A stretch of 63,690 nucleotides of DNA, filler included, from Lenisia limosa (GCA_001655205.1; 10 parts of 10 records of this genome joined end to end with filler, not necessarily neighbours in it), one strand, 5' to 3'; shown: positions 1 to 13,719, counted from the first letter of the whole stretch. Notes: generated from the letters alone by a model not told the origin. Made by a program: numbers and translations.

Positions 1-375
1 GTCTGGGGTCATTAGTACTATGCATAGTTTTATGATATACACTGTATGATGTCTTGATTGGGTGAATTAATATTGTACTTCAATCCACAAGTTGATATCT
101 TATTATAAGCATGATGGTGCGGACGGCTTTGGCCATTTACCACATTTTCTATTTCACCTCTGTTCATATTAGTTATACCGATTAACTGTTTGTGTTTATT
201 ATTCCATTGATTAAAAACATACCCTTTGTTCAAGATCAATATTATATTTCTTGCCAAATAAAGCAATTACCCATTCAAGGAGGTATCAGTGTAATTATTT
301 GTTTGTTTTCCTACATTTTTTTTAATGTTGTGTATTGTTGGCCCCCAAATAGATGTTAATTGTTTTACATTCCAG

Positions 376-3300
376 CCAGCGACGCACCCCACCTAAATGG
401 AGGATACAGCTGTGGGGGTATTTGTGGTGAGGGGGAGGTGTGTAGTGATGGAATATATTAGCAAAAGGCTCAAAATTATCTATATTGGTTGGACATTTGT
501 AAACACGTGATTGGGGAGGTGTATTATATGCCTGGTACGGGGGGGTTATTTTTAGGGCTTTCCTACGGTCCAAAAAATACCGTTGAAATATCAATATTTA
601 TCGAGAAATTCGTTCGTGAGGGGGGAGGGGATGATTCTGGTACAAGGGATGGGATATAGGGGGGAGGCACGCAGAAAGCTGTGTGTACAAAGTTGTAAGG
701 CAAATAAATGATTGGGTGAATTAATATTATACTTTATCTATTATAAGTGTGGTGTGGACGGCTTCGGCCGATACAACCCTATTTATTTTATTTTATTTTT
801 TTCTATATAGCTACATGTATATCATTCTGGGTGTATGGGAGGGGGATGGCATATCATTTTGGGGGCTGGCATGAAGATGTGAATGATAATTTGTTGACTT
901 TTCAAAAGAAACTAATCAAATTCCTTTATATTCCTCTTTGACCCAACTACAAAGCCTCCTATTAAACGTGAAATGACTCATCTAGGAAGACTTTTGAAAT
1001 GCGGGGTCCACATTTGCGTGGCGCATTGTCACAAAGGTTTGTTGTATTATAACCTGGGCTTCACTTCGGTTCGAAAAAAGACTGAATTTCTCTATAAAGC
1101 CTCAAAAACTATCGATATTTGACCAGTCTTTTTCGAACCAAAGTGCATAAATAGGGCTCCATGTAAAAAAATGAGGAATTTATTTAGAGATTTGAAATAA
1201 ATTATGCAGAACAATACGTGTCTCATTACACCCCCCCTTCTCCCCATGCTGACAGTGACCGAGATAAGTCTTGCCGATTTGCTATGTGATTTCCCAAGGA
1301 AAATCGGTCGAGACTTATCCCGGTCACTGTACATACAGTAGTATATTGTACCACACGTCTAAAAGCTGTACACAGCCTCACGTACAACTAATATTATGAC
1401 CTTTTTGGTCTTTTTGGTTTCATATAAATTTCAATTTTTTTCATTCGCTAATGTTTTTTCCAGAGTTGATTTTTTTTTTTTTTTTGTTTCATAGTATTTT
1501 CCCTTNNNNNNNNNNNNNNNNNNNNNNNNNNNNNNNNNNNNNNNNNNNNNNNNNNNNNNNNNNNNNNNNNNNNNNNNNNNNNNNNNNNAAACGTGTCCTT
1601 GTGGCAGAACTTCTCTCCACTCAGCGTCCTGCAAAACCCCCGTTCCTCCCTGTCAAAATGTAGGCTTTTCAGACATGACATTGTAGCGTAGGTATTGATT
1701 CACTTCGGTTCGGATCGGTTATATCGCACATAGAATAGCCCACGAATACTCTCGATTAGGGCTTCGCTACGGTCCCACAAATGGCTGAATTTCTCGATAA
1801 ATCCTCGATAAATATCGCTATTTTACCGGTCGTTTTCGGACCGTAGGGAAGCCCTACTTCTCAATAATAACTCCTCGCACTTCCCCCCGTAAAAACACAT
1901 ACCTCATCAGTGTTGGGATACAACGATGATGCAGAAGCGACTGGCCTTGGCTTTGTTTCTGTTGTTCAACCCTTCTGTGTTGCTACTCGACAGAGTTAAT
2001 TTTGGGCTTTTTTCGTTTTACAATGTTCCCACTTTTCTCCCCCGTCATGTTTACCACCCTCCTCCAGGCCTGCAGTGGGACTTGTCGATGCGGTAACCCC
2101 TGTACCTTGACTTGCCACCATGGCCCCTGTAACTGTCAGCGTGTTTTGAACGTCACATGTAGATGCCAGCGAACTACCCTGGTAAGTGGGGGTCTCAATT
2201 CGAACTGCTAATATCAAAAGGTGGTGGAGTCTAAATTGTAACCGGGTTCAGATTGTTCGGTTCTTGGTGTTTGCGCCAATATTCCTCACTAATATTTCTT
2301 CGTTTTGACTGGAATGATGGGATGAAGAAGCGAATGGCCTGGGCTTTGTTTGTTTTGNNNNNNNNNNNNNNNNNNNNNNNNNNNNNNNNNNNNNNNNNNN
2401 NNNNNNNNNNNNNNNNNNNNNNNNNNNNNNNNNNNNNNNNNNNNNNNNNNNNNNNNNNNNNNNNNNNNNNNNNNNNNNNNNNNNNNNNNNNNNNNNNNNN
2501 NNNNNNNNNNNNNNNNNNNNNNNNNNNNGCCTGCGGCCTGCAAGCACAAATGTTTTACCCTTTTGGGATGCAGTCGTCACCACTGTCGCAAAAACTGTTG
2601 TCCTGGGTGAGGGCTGGCGTGATTTGGAGGTTTCATGTGGAGGAAGGTTTATTGATGTTTTTTTTTTTTCACAGAGGGGGGAGGGGTGGCTTTTTGCTCT
2701 GTTAAATTTCAAACATTTAATTTTTAATCAGAGGAAAAGCCAATCACGTCTGCAAACAAACCTGTGGCAAGGCCCTCAACTGTGGAAACCATGTTTGCTC
2801 CAACCCATGCCATCCTGGACCTTGTCCGGTAACAGGGAATGAGGGAGTAATTTTTCATGGAGTGGTCATTTTGAGTCCTGTTGAGTCATCCAATTTGATG
2901 GATTTTCCTTAAAATAATATCTCTTTTAAAATGTAAGTTCACAAAGATTTGAAGGTGGGTATTAGCGTCTCAATAACTTCTCTGTGTTCTTTTCCATTTT
3001 GATTTCCCTTACTCAATTATTTTAACCTATCGTTTACTGGGAAATTATGAGGACGTTCTCATTCCTTAGCCTTGCTCCTCCAATGTCCTTGAGCCCCTCT
3101 CCTGTGCATGCGGCACTGAAACACTCCAGCCTCCCCTCCCATGTGGCACCGAACCCCCAGGTCTGGGGCAAGAAAATATACATTTAGTCAAATTATATTT
3201 TATAATTATGTATACCTCTTCGTATGACTATGTACTGTATAGATATCACGCCTTCGGTAAGATACAATCTTATTTTTTATTTAGCGTTGCTATATCATAT

Positions 3301-5335
3301 CATCTATTAGATAGTAATATTTTATTATGTTGGAGTATGTTTAAACTACATTAAATTGAGTCTCCGTGCAATCAATTGAGTATTATTTGTACAAACCTGG
3401 ACCATAGTGATAAGAACATTTCAGGAACTGTTATTCTCGCTTCCAATACCCCCCTTCCCAGCNNNNNNNNNNNNNNNNNNNNNNNNNNNNNNNNNNNNNN
3501 NNNNNNNNNNNNNNNNNNNNNNNNNNNNNNNNNNNNNNNNNNNNNNNNNNNNNNNNNNNNNNNNNNNNNNNNNNNNNNNACAAAGACCTGTTCCAATGGC
3601 CACCCTTGCACCTCGAGATGTCATACCGGTATGGAGTGTTGTATAATCTCGAGATGTCATATCGGTATGGAGTGGTGTATAATCTCGAGATGTCATACCG
3701 GTATGGAGTGGTGTATAATCTCGAGATGTCATACCGGTATGGAGTGTTGTATAATCTCGAGATGTCATATTAGTATCTAAACTTTCAAATTTGAAAAAGA
3801 GTTTAGATATCTAGTCGAACACGGCCTCAGCCAACAGAGTTGATTAGGTCTTTTTTGTTTCATAAATTTTCCTTACTCCCTCCCCCACCCAGGACCCTGC
3901 CCCCCCTGTTTCGTGCGCGTTGAGCNNNNNNNNNNNNNNNNNNNNNNNNNNNNNNNNNNCTCATCTTGTTCGGGCCCGGCCCCATCGTGTGCCGACGTCT
4001 GCGCCAAGGTGCGTCATTATTGTGATTTATTGGCTACATTGATTAGTTTTGATTATTGTAATATATTACTTGATTAGTTTTGTTTTTTGCGATTCATGGC
4101 TCCTCTCAAAATGGGTGGTTGTATTAGCTTTCTTGTTTTGATTTCGATTTTTGTCTTATAATGCAATAGTTTTTTGAAAAACGTCTGTAGCAAAAACTCG
4201 ACCCCTTTTTTTCAAATAAACAATATATTTACATTAAATTACCACTTTTATCGTTTTTTTTTTAAACACCTAATCAATACGAATCATCATTCTCCAGAGC
4301 TTCCCCTGTGGCCTTCACAAGTGCACGCAGAAGTGCCACAATGGACTTTGCGTGGACGCCAATAAATCGCGCAAGGGCAAGACGATTGGTCTGACGTGTC
4401 CTGAGTTATGTGGTAAAACGAAGCCTTGTGGCCATCCATGCTCCAAGGTTGGCGGTGTTATTGGGCCAATGGGTAGTAAGTAGGTAAGGCTTCACTTCGG
4501 TTCGAATAAACCGGTAAAATATTGACAGTTTTCGAGGATTTATCGACAATTTCAGTCTTTTTTCGAACCGAAGTGAAGTCCTAGTATTGTAGGGGTGCTA
4601 TAATGAGCAAATTTTATAGTCTAATGGGAGTGATCTCTGATCCAGAAGGTTCCACCCCCCCCCCCCCCNNNNNNNNNNNNNNNNNNNNNNNNNNNNNNNN
4701 NNNNNNNNNNNNNNNNNNNNNNNNNNNNNNNNNNNNNNNNNNNNNNNNNNNNNNNGCAATTTAATACACTCCACTCACACACACAACGCTAATGTTCTAA
4801 TTACCTTGACTTACCCCTTCTAACTGGCCTGGGCTTTTTTTTTATTATTATTAACCCTCGTATTGTCAGCCAACAGGACTTCGGCTTTTTTGTTCCAAAA
4901 ATTTTCCGGTTTTACCCCCTCCCTCCCCTAGCCCTGTCATGGCGATAATCCGTGCCCTATTGAACCCTGCCCGACTCTCATAGCTGTGGGTAATAGTATT
5001 ATAGAAAAACATGCACCTTTGCTGTACATTTTTGTAATGCCAAACAAGAGAATATACTTTAGTAATCTAGTGAAACAAATAAATGCATAATATCCCCTAC
5101 CCCTCACATCCATTTCCCAAAAGATGATCTGCCCGTGCGGTCGGCGAAAAGCTCGAGTGGCTTGCAACCAAGGCCCCGCTCGTTGGACCCCCGGAATGTG
5201 GGTGGTTTTGGGAAGAAAAAGTAATTATTTCATATGATATTATATCGATTTACAATGAATACATCATATGTCATTTAATTGTCCAGACCCCCCCTTCCTA
5301 AGCCACTCGAGTGCGATACCTCTTGTCGAGTGCAG
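376..5335 (+). CDS. NF-X1-type zinc-finger protein (NFX1/NFXL1 family), multi-exon, partial
   Basis: GT-AG exons encode repeated NF-X1 fingers: [16 protein letters not shown] (~982-1036), [23 protein letters not shown] (~1590-1660), [22 protein letters not shown] (~2066-2180), [22 protein letters not shown] (~2730-2830), [13 protein letters not shown]...CGHPCSK (~4297-4447) and PLECDTSC (~5287-5335). Some exons fall in N gaps. Confidence 0.88.
662..770. repeat. Dispersed repeat family D (~110 bp, no TIR seen)
   Basis: GGGAGGCACGCAGAAAGCTGTGTGTACAAAGTTGTAAGGCAAAT...GAATTAATATT...GTGGACGGC. Reverse-complement copy at 40136-40244; partial copies at 54-134, 24868-24924 and 59141-59170. Confidence 0.7.
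1056..1146. mobile_element. MITE family A (TIR GGGCTTCACTTCGGTTCGAAAAA), degenerate right end
   Basis: Left TIR plus the shared core GACTGAATTTCTC.ATAAA.CCTC.AAAACTATCGATATTT; intronic. Confidence 0.7.
1253..1329. mobile_element. MITE family C (Tc1/mariner-like CAGTG...CACTG, ~78 bp)
   Basis: TIR of about 29 bp, CAGTGACCGAGATAAGTCTTGCCGATTT / AAATCGGTCGAGACTTATCCCGGTCACTG, followed by TA. Confidence 0.78.
1759..1854. mobile_element. MITE family B (TIR GGGCTTCCCTACGGTCC), full length, TA-flanked
   Basis: TA-GGGCTTCGCTACGGTCC...GGACCGTAGGGAAGCCC-TA, 96 bp. Confidence 0.8.
3612..3770 (+). repeat. 36-bp tandem repeat (~4.4 copies) spanning an NFX1-family exon/intron donor
   Basis: Unit CTCGAGATGTCATACCG|GTATGGAGTGTTGTATAAT at 3612, 3648, 3684, 3720 and 3756 (partial). 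Confidence 0.9.
4487..4581. mobile_element. MITE family A, full length, TA-flanked
   Basis: TA-AGGCTTCACTTCGGTTCGAAT...TTTTCGAACCGAAGTGAAGTCC-TA, 95 bp. Confidence 0.8.
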
Positions 5336-5481
5336 GTGAAGGGGGGATTTTAGAGTGCGAGTGCACGAAAAAGAGTTGCCACACTTTCTTTCGAAAATAT
5401 TTTGAGATCAACATAGCAAATGGAAATCTTTTTACATGTCACATAGTATGTTGTTGTTGTTCTCAACCGTCATGTGTTGCA

Positions 5482-5576
5482 AGCCAACAGAGTTGATTTG
5501 GGCTTTTTTATTTCATAAATTTTCCAGTTTCAGATTATTCGGTTCTTGATTATTACCTTTACACCAATATTCTTCA
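5482..5576 (+). repeat. Dispersed intronic repeat family E (reference copy)
   Basis: GCCAACAGAGTTGATTTGGGCTTTTTTATTTCATAAATTTTCCAGTTTCAGATTATTCGGTTCTTGAT...CCAATATTCTTCA. Related copies at about 1460, 1990, 2247, 3828, 4866, 6407-6585(-), 23713-23790(-), 32537, 38557(-), 39744(-) and 42677(-). Confidence 0.75.
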
Positions 5577-5676
5577 NNNNNNNNNNNNNNNNNNNNNNNN
5601 NNNNNNNNNNNNNNNNNNNNTTAATTAATTAANNNNNNNNNNNNNNNNNNNNNNNNNNNNNNNNNNNNNNNNNNNN
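5577..5676. other. Artificial scaffold linker
   Basis: 44 N + TTAATTAATTAA + 44 N (stop codons in all six frames). Confidence 0.95.
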
Positions 5677-6108
5677 AAAACAAAAAAAAACAAGCAATAA
5701 CAAACACGAGCAACCAACGCTAAAACTAGACAAAAACCAGATGCCAAAAACACAAAAAGAAAATTGGCAATTCAATTGGGGAGGGTGGTATCCTACTCCC
5801 CATTCACGCAAATTAAAGCAGGCCGCTAAACCAGAATGAAACCTCGGAGGAGTGTAAGGATTTTCCCATGGATTTGGGCTACAGCTTTCGGCTACTTTTG
5901 ACCAAATTCATAGATTTGGGGCTCGGTTAAGAATACGTAATGAATCTGGTTAAGCGGTCTGCTTTAACGCTTATACCCCCCCCCCCCCANNNNNNNNNNN
6001 NNNNNNNNNNNNNNNNNNNNNNNNNNNNNNNNNNNNNNNNNNNNNNNNNNNNNNNNNNNNNNNNNNNNNNNNNNNNNNNNNNNNNNNNNNNNNNNNNNNN
6101 NNNNNNNN

Positions 6109-6157
6109 CGAAAACTATCGATATTTTATCAGTATTTTTCGAACCGAAGTGAAGCCC
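6109..6157. mobile_element. MITE family A, right half (left half in gap)
   Basis: ...ACTATCGATATTTTATCAGTATTTTTCGAACCGAAGTGAAGCCC-TA. Confidence 0.7.
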
Positions 6158-6288
6158 TACTTTCGTATGATCTATTCATTCCAAAACTCCCACCATTTTC
6201 TTGCCAATTCATGTCAAAACTCCCCATATTACATAAAATTAATGCGAATACCCCCCACCATTCGTGCAATCCACGCCAAAAACCCCAC

Positions 6289-7736
6289 CATTGCTCATGG
6301 ACGTTGTGATCTTTAAGATCATCAGCAGAGAAAATGACCTTTCCGATGACGTCATCGGAGCCGACGTTGTCCTCATCCCAGCAGATCACGGTCAATTCCT
6401 GGAAATCTGCGGTCGCGGGGCTGGGAGGGGGGGGGGAGTAAAACGAAGGAAATTTTGATGAAGAATATTGGCGTAAAGGTACAAATCACGAACCGAATAA
6501 TCTGAAACTGGAAAATTTATGAAACAAAAAAAGCCCAAGATCAAGAAAATTTATGAGAAAAAAAGCTTAAAAATCAACTCTATTAGATAGAAGGCTGGAG
6601 GTATTAGGAAACAAGAAAGCCCATGTTAGTATGTTTATACTGAGTGATAAATTCAAACCACGCTGATGAGACAGGTTTTGTAATAGATCGAGAATTGTTG
6701 ACAAATTATACAGGACTTATCGATAAATTATCGAGGATATATCGATATCAATTAAGAGAAGGGGGGGAAACGCCTTGATACGTTGCTATGAAGGTAAAAT
6801 GCTATATCTGTGTACGTAATGTACTTTGAGGAAATTATTTGACAAAAGTGTAAAATAAGTCTGAAATGGAGTTCCGATACACTATGTCCCACTTCAAATT
6901 TATAAATTAATTACTCTAACAATTACATGGAGTCAAATATTGAAGGTAATAACGCTAGGACTCGTTGTAATTCATTTCGAAAGTATTATTTTTATTCCCA
7001 AAAAAGTGCAGTTACTAAACTTCATTTTACTGGCCTAAGGGTCATACGGAAGACCTTAACGATAAATATCGTCATATTTTCGAACCGCCTTTCCCCATCG
7101 TAAAAGGTGAAAGTAAGACTCTGTTGAGACACGTTTCGCGTTTTGTCAGGGACAGTTCAGTATATGCGACATCCAATAGAACAATAAAGACAACTTGAGA
7201 AAAATCGTGATAGAATGAAATTTCACAAATTTGTGCCTTGAATTCCTTCGATTTGAAGGAAAAGAAGTCCAGTGGTGAGGATAGCAGCGAGGGAAAGCAA
7301 AAGGCTAATCGAGGAAATGAAGTACGTGTTTAGCGGAAGAGGGGCAAGAACCGTAAAAGATTCGCTAACATCCCTCATTCGTGTTTATTAAGGAAATACC
7401 GAAGAAGGAACAAGATTAAGAAGGTCGAAAAAACCAACGAGCAAGACCCACATTTGATAATCTTGCCCCCAGAAAGGCGTGAGAGACTTCCAAATGGTAG
7501 GGGTGCGCTCAACAACCTTCTTATCAAGCTTGATTTCACAGTAAGGGTCGCTAAGCCCTGGGGAGATGAGTACAAACAAGAATGTGCGGATCTAGCGTAC
7601 CTATTATGTCCATCTTCGGCACTCCCTTCGCCTCCTTGCACTGAACATTGATGGTGTTGTGGAAAGCGAGACGAGACATGCTCTTCTTCTTTCCCTGGTC
7701 GAACATGACCGAAGTATGGCGACGGACCATAGCCAT
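6289..7736 (-). CDS. C2-domain protein, N-terminus resembling GAP1-family RasGAP C2A, partial (scaffold ends)
   Basis: Exons encode INVQCKEAKGVPKMDII, GLSDPYCEIKLDKKVVERTPTIWKSLTPFWG and DFQELTVICWDEDNVGSDDVIGKVIF, a canonical Ca2+-binding C2 pattern. An in-frame stop lies upstream of ATG 7736. No GAP domain is visible. Confidence 0.75.
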
Positions 7737-8692
7737 TGTTGCCCTCTTGCTGTAAGATCGCTTTGAACTGTCTCTCTTGCTTTTCCCACTGGAATATACG
7801 CTCTACTTTCACGCAATAACTCTGTTTTTTGGCAAATAATTCAAACAGTTCTGATTCAGATCTTGAAGATCTTTCGTTTGGACGACTTGCGAAATTCGAT
7901 ACGTAAGTATATATCGCGTTTGTGGCGCTTTTCCTTGCGCGGGGACTGGGGTTGTGGGATATCTGTTGTCTGTGTTTGTTATTTGTATGTTGTGTTGTTT
8001 GCTTGTTGCTGGTGTGAGTGACACAATGAGGCCAAGATGAGGCGTGGAGGCAACATGGAGGATCCGCCTTGTTGTGGACGTGGATGACTTCGAAACCCCC
8101 NNNNNNNNNNNNNNNNNNNNNNNNNNNNNNNNNNNNNNNNNNNNNNNNNNNNNNNNNNNNNNNNNNNNNNNNNNNNNNNNNNNNNNNNNNNNNNNNNNNN
8201 NNNNNNNNNNNNNNNNNNNNNNNNNNNNNNNNNNNNNNNNNNNNNNNNNNNNNNNNNNNNNNNNNNNNNNNNNNNNNNNNNNNNNNNNNNNNNNNNNNNN
8301 NNNNNNNNNNNNNNNNNNNNNNNNNNNNNNNNNNNNNNNNNNNNNNNNNNNNNNNNNNNNNNNNNNNNNNNNACACGGCTCAGAGAGATTTCAGAGATTT
8401 ATAAGCGGACCAAAAGCCTTCCGCCAAAATCGCAACCCTCATCTATAAAAGTCAAAAAAAGTGGAAATATCAAAAAAAAATTCAAACAATAAATATGTTG
8501 AATACAAAACATCTTGTAATATATACATGAATAAAAATATGATAACATAATAATAAAATTGTACATTGTATTAATACTTATATAGATATGATAGATATGA
8601 TAGATATCATATCATATATTCATTTAACATATTGAAATGAGAAATAATAATGGGAGTATGTGATCGATCCAACATGTTTAACAAAGAGATTA

Positions 8693-8792
8693 NNNNNNNN
8701 NNNNNNNNNNNNNNNNNNNNNNNNNNNNNNNNNNNNTTAATTAATTAANNNNNNNNNNNNNNNNNNNNNNNNNNNNNNNNNNNNNNNNNNNN
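8693..8792. other. Artificial scaffold linker
   Basis: Same 100-bp linker. Confidence 0.95.
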
Positions 8793-9755
8793 AGCAACGA
8801 CTACCCGGGGCAACGTCGAGGGAACTGATGGTGGTACTAGGCTTCCTGGGTCTGGGTTGTATGTTCTTCTGCTGGCCAATAGTGCGCTATGTGCATGAAA
8901 GTGGTTTGCGGAGTTATGCATGAAAGTGGTTTCTAGGCCTACAAGTCTTTATATAGTAGTTCAGGTTAAAACCTTTGACAGTTTCGTTCTCCCCGGTTTG
9001 ACCCTCGTAGAAATTGAGACTGTAGAGACTAGTTCCGCAGGCCTGGGTGGGTTTGACTATATTGATATTAATTGTAATCTGATATGTAATAAGTCATGAC
9101 TGAAGGGAAATATGGTTAAACTTCCCACGTCACAATATCATCTATCTCGGTAATTAGAAATGCGATTTAAAAAGTACCAATATGATTGAATATATCAGAT
9201 ACAATATGCTAAAAGTTGCACATCCTTGTTGATCGTATTTGCTTGAAATATAGATCTATTTGGATGTTTTTCTCTTTTCTTTTCAGTTTCAAGGTTTATT
9301 TTTCTCTCTCTCCAGTCCTGTCATCATCTCCCTCTCCTCATCATTCTCATCCCCCACCCCACAGTGTTAACAGGTCTACACAGTGTGTTCTATACAATGG
9401 CCTATGTATTTCTGATGTCGCTGGCTTCGAAGCTTACATCCCCCACTATTGGTGTGATGGATGAGACGTGCAAATTCCGACACTAAAAGTCACGAGGTTT
9501 CAGTAAAATGTTAAAAATTGGAATGGGGTGGGGTAGGACAGGCCAGAAATGGTTTACCGTATGTTGTGTAATCACCCCTATGTTATCATTATATTCTAAA
9601 TTTTCATTCTTCACGCCATAGTGAACGCGGGAGTCATCATGACTATTCCCCTGTCGCTATTCGTGGAGTCTGTGATCTCCACAAGCTTGCCAAATCTCCT
9701 CCCGCTTGTTGGGAACAGCCTGTGTGTGGCAGGCTTCTTCGTACTGAATTCCTAG
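8793..9755 (+). CDS. SLC35F/EamA (DMT superfamily) membrane transporter, C-terminal fragment
   Basis: Hydrophobic exons LMVVLGFLGLGCMFFCWPIVRYVHE, FDSFVLPGL, GLHSVFYTMAYVFLMSLASKLTSPTI and VNAGVIMTIPLSLFVESVISTSLPNLLPLVGNSLCVAGFFVLNS-TAG. The LTSP...G...TIPLS...G...GF pattern is typical of the last SLC35F helices. Confidence 0.62.
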
Positions 9756-10035
9756 AAAGGAGTGTATTTCTTGTCTGTTTCTTCCTTTATTGATATATTT
9801 TTTTATTTAGATTTCAGGTCCAAAGGAGTTTGATAAAGCCTAATCGGTTAGGGTTTGCTCTTTGTTTTTGGTGTTTGATTCGTCTTCAGGTTTTCTCATG
9901 ACTATGTATAAATTACGCCCTTTGAGGGGACAGATGTAATGGAGTGATAGCTCTCTAGAAGATATACTTACTTGGCCAAGTAGAAACGAATCTGTCCGAA
10001 GCCTTTCCCACAAAAGTAAAATACATCAATCAGAA

Positions 10036-11989
10036 CTACTCCTTCTTTGCTTTGCGTCTTCTGGTCATCATACCATGTCTGACTTCCTTCTTCTCTTCAA
10101 CCTTCTTCTTCTCCTTTTCTACCTTCTCCTTCTCCTCAGCTTTCTCTTCCTCCTCTTCAACCTTCTCCTCAACTTTATCTTCCTTCTCCTTCAGTACAAC
10201 GCTGTTGACGGTATCCTGGGCGTTGGTCTTGGCCTTCTTAGAAGGGCCACAGAAGCAGCAAGTCACGAAAGCGGCAAAAACGAAGCCTGCAGCAGTGCAA
10301 GCTGCAAAGGACTGCCAAATGTGCCTATCCAGCCATCCCTGGTGGGTTAGCCGAATAAATGTCTCCAAATACTATGTGAACAAAAACAGAATTGCCTTTC
10401 ACCCCCCCCCCCCNNNNNNNNNNNNNNNNNNNNNNNNNNNNNNNNNNNNNNNNNNNNNNNNNNNNNNNNNNNNNNNNNNNNNNNNNNGGATCTTCTGTTG
10501 GAGGGAGTCGATGTCTCTGATGAAAGGGGTTCGTCTCAAAATTGAAAAGCCCTCATTGAGATGGTAACGCCTGAGTAGTAAGAAAAGTTGTCATCCCCGG
10601 TTTTTGTGACCACAGACGTAAGGTTTCGAGTCACAAACCATGCAGGTAGGGGAGGGGTGTAAGTGAGGAAGCTACCACGGGTCCTGCTTTCTTCCAAAGA
10701 GGTCACTCTAAATGTGTCACGAGTATTATCATGGGTCCTATCAGCATTTCTAGGGTAGTCTGTAAGCTTTTTCAGTTAACGAAGGAAACCTCATGCCACA
10801 GCAAACCTGTTGTAGATGCCTTTACTCAGAGACTCGGAGTTGCTGAAGTAGCGGGGTGGTACCCGGGAGTATGTGTTGTTCATCAAGCTGTCGTCAATAA
10901 AATTTAGGGAGAATATGTATTTTCATCCCTTTCTTGCCGTAAAAGACCCAGTATTGAATGTTGAGGAGGAAAACATGATTAAAATAACATCACACCAAAC
11001 AAAGGAAGACATAAATGTTGTAACCCAAACACGAGGTTTTAAATTGGGGGGAAAGGAGCATAGTATCTATCGTTATTGAGAATGTACAGAGATTATGATA
11101 CGCTGTGGGGTCTTTCTCAATAAATCCTTGAAAAATATCGGTATTTCCGCTGCCTACATGACAACACCAGGAGCACGTCCAACAACAGGGAGGGCATCAG
11201 TTGAGCCTGGGGGAGGGGTGAGTTTGGAGGACTCCTGCGATCAAGTGCAATATCAAGGAAGCATCGCATCAAAGAAGGTATATTATATCATATATTAACG
11301 ATTCTCTTTTATTTTTCGCTTATCATAATAACCGCACTGCCAGCAGTGTTCAAAACAGTCTCCATTTCAACACATCTCAGGGCTTACGGGGGTTGTTGCT
11401 CTTGTTGAGGGTGTAGATCATACAACGATGCTTGCCTTGGTTGGCAGCAAATTCCTCCATCATCATAGTCATGTTGGTGCTAGAGAGGGTTTGAAAGACG
11501 TGGCAAAAGATTGGACATGAGCTTTGTTCTTGTTTAAGGAGAATCCGTGAAAGAAAGATACGTTCCATGTGACTGGTAGAAATAGGAATAATTCATGACA
11601 TCACACGAAATGTCGGAAATACAAAAGAAAACAATACCCTGTCGTTCGGACTCACCAGAATTCACAGAATCGCTCGGTCCTATGGAGTGAGACAGAAAAG
11701 AAGAGTGAGCAACAAACAGGAGGATAACGCGACACATTTTGCCATTGTCGTCAATCACATTGGTAAAGTTCTCATCAGTTAGCTCATGGACCTTCCTAAT
11801 AAGATAAGTTTGTTGGTTCAGAAAGACAAATCCTTACATTGCTTCCTCCTCATAGACAAACATGTATTTGGCAAAATCCATTTCTTCAATAAGTTTGAAG
11901 CCTTCAGGCCTTTCCATCTTTTCTTCCTCTGCAAAACAGACACATATCAGAGGCAGAAGAAGAAGGAAGAGCAGTTTAAAGTCCACCAT
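10036..11989 (-). CDS. Type I ER membrane protein with thioredoxin-like luminal domain (TMX/PDI-like)
   Basis: Signal peptide MVDFKLLFLLLLPLICVCFA; exon KVHELTDENFTNVIDDNGK resembles the start of PDI/TMX thioredoxin domains; TM segment near 10270-10340; charged tail ending RRRKAKKE-TAG (KxKxx ER-retrieval motif). Middle exons are uncertain. Confidence 0.5.
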
Positions 11990-12169
11990 TTTCCCCAAAT
12001 AAAAAAATAGCTATTTATACACTTCTACCTCTCACACACTACCCAAAGAACTAAAATCCGGCAAAAAGGTCTTGATTTTATTAAAAAGGGTTTTAGAAGA
12101 AGATATAAAATCATATAACCTGCACCCCCTTCATTTTAAAAAATTTTTCAAAGAAAAAATATTTTTAAC

Positions 12170-13422
<1,253 letters not shown>

Positions 13423-13439
13423 TGAGGGGGAATATTATA

Positions 13440-13512
13440 CAGTGGGATAAGTCTTGACCGATTTGCTTATGATTTTTCAGGGAAAATAGGTCCAGACTTT
13501 TCCCGGTCACTG
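13440..13512. mobile_element. MITE family C copy in TDH intron
   Basis: TA-CAGTGGGATAAGTCTTGACCGATTT...AGACTTTTCCCGGTCACTG-TA. Confidence 0.75.
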
Positions 13513-13541
13513 TACATTAGAAATCCAGGGGGGGGGGGGTT

Positions 13542-13641
13542 NNNNNNNNNNNNNNNNNNNNNNNNNNNNNNNNNNNNNNNNNNNNTTAATTAATTAANNN
13601 NNNNNNNNNNNNNNNNNNNNNNNNNNNNNNNNNNNNNNNNN
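13542..13641. other. Artificial scaffold linker
   Basis: Same 100-bp linker. Confidence 0.95.
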
Positions 13642-13719
13642 AAATTTAAAACGCCAACAATACATTGCCAATTCTCGTGGCTTAGTTGAGACAAATACGA
13701 AATCTCCATTAAGTAATAT

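Noticed and set aside
4487-4581. GGTTCGAA in MITE family A as a tRNA B-box (SINE origin)
   Set aside because: It does not complete the GTTCRANNC consensus, has no A-box, and is mirrored at the other end as part of a TIR.
7375-8448. Long ORFs in the supplied track that run through X stretches (also 25642-26280, 37868-38395, 59995-60437)
   Set aside because: Their length comes from N gaps being read as open codons.
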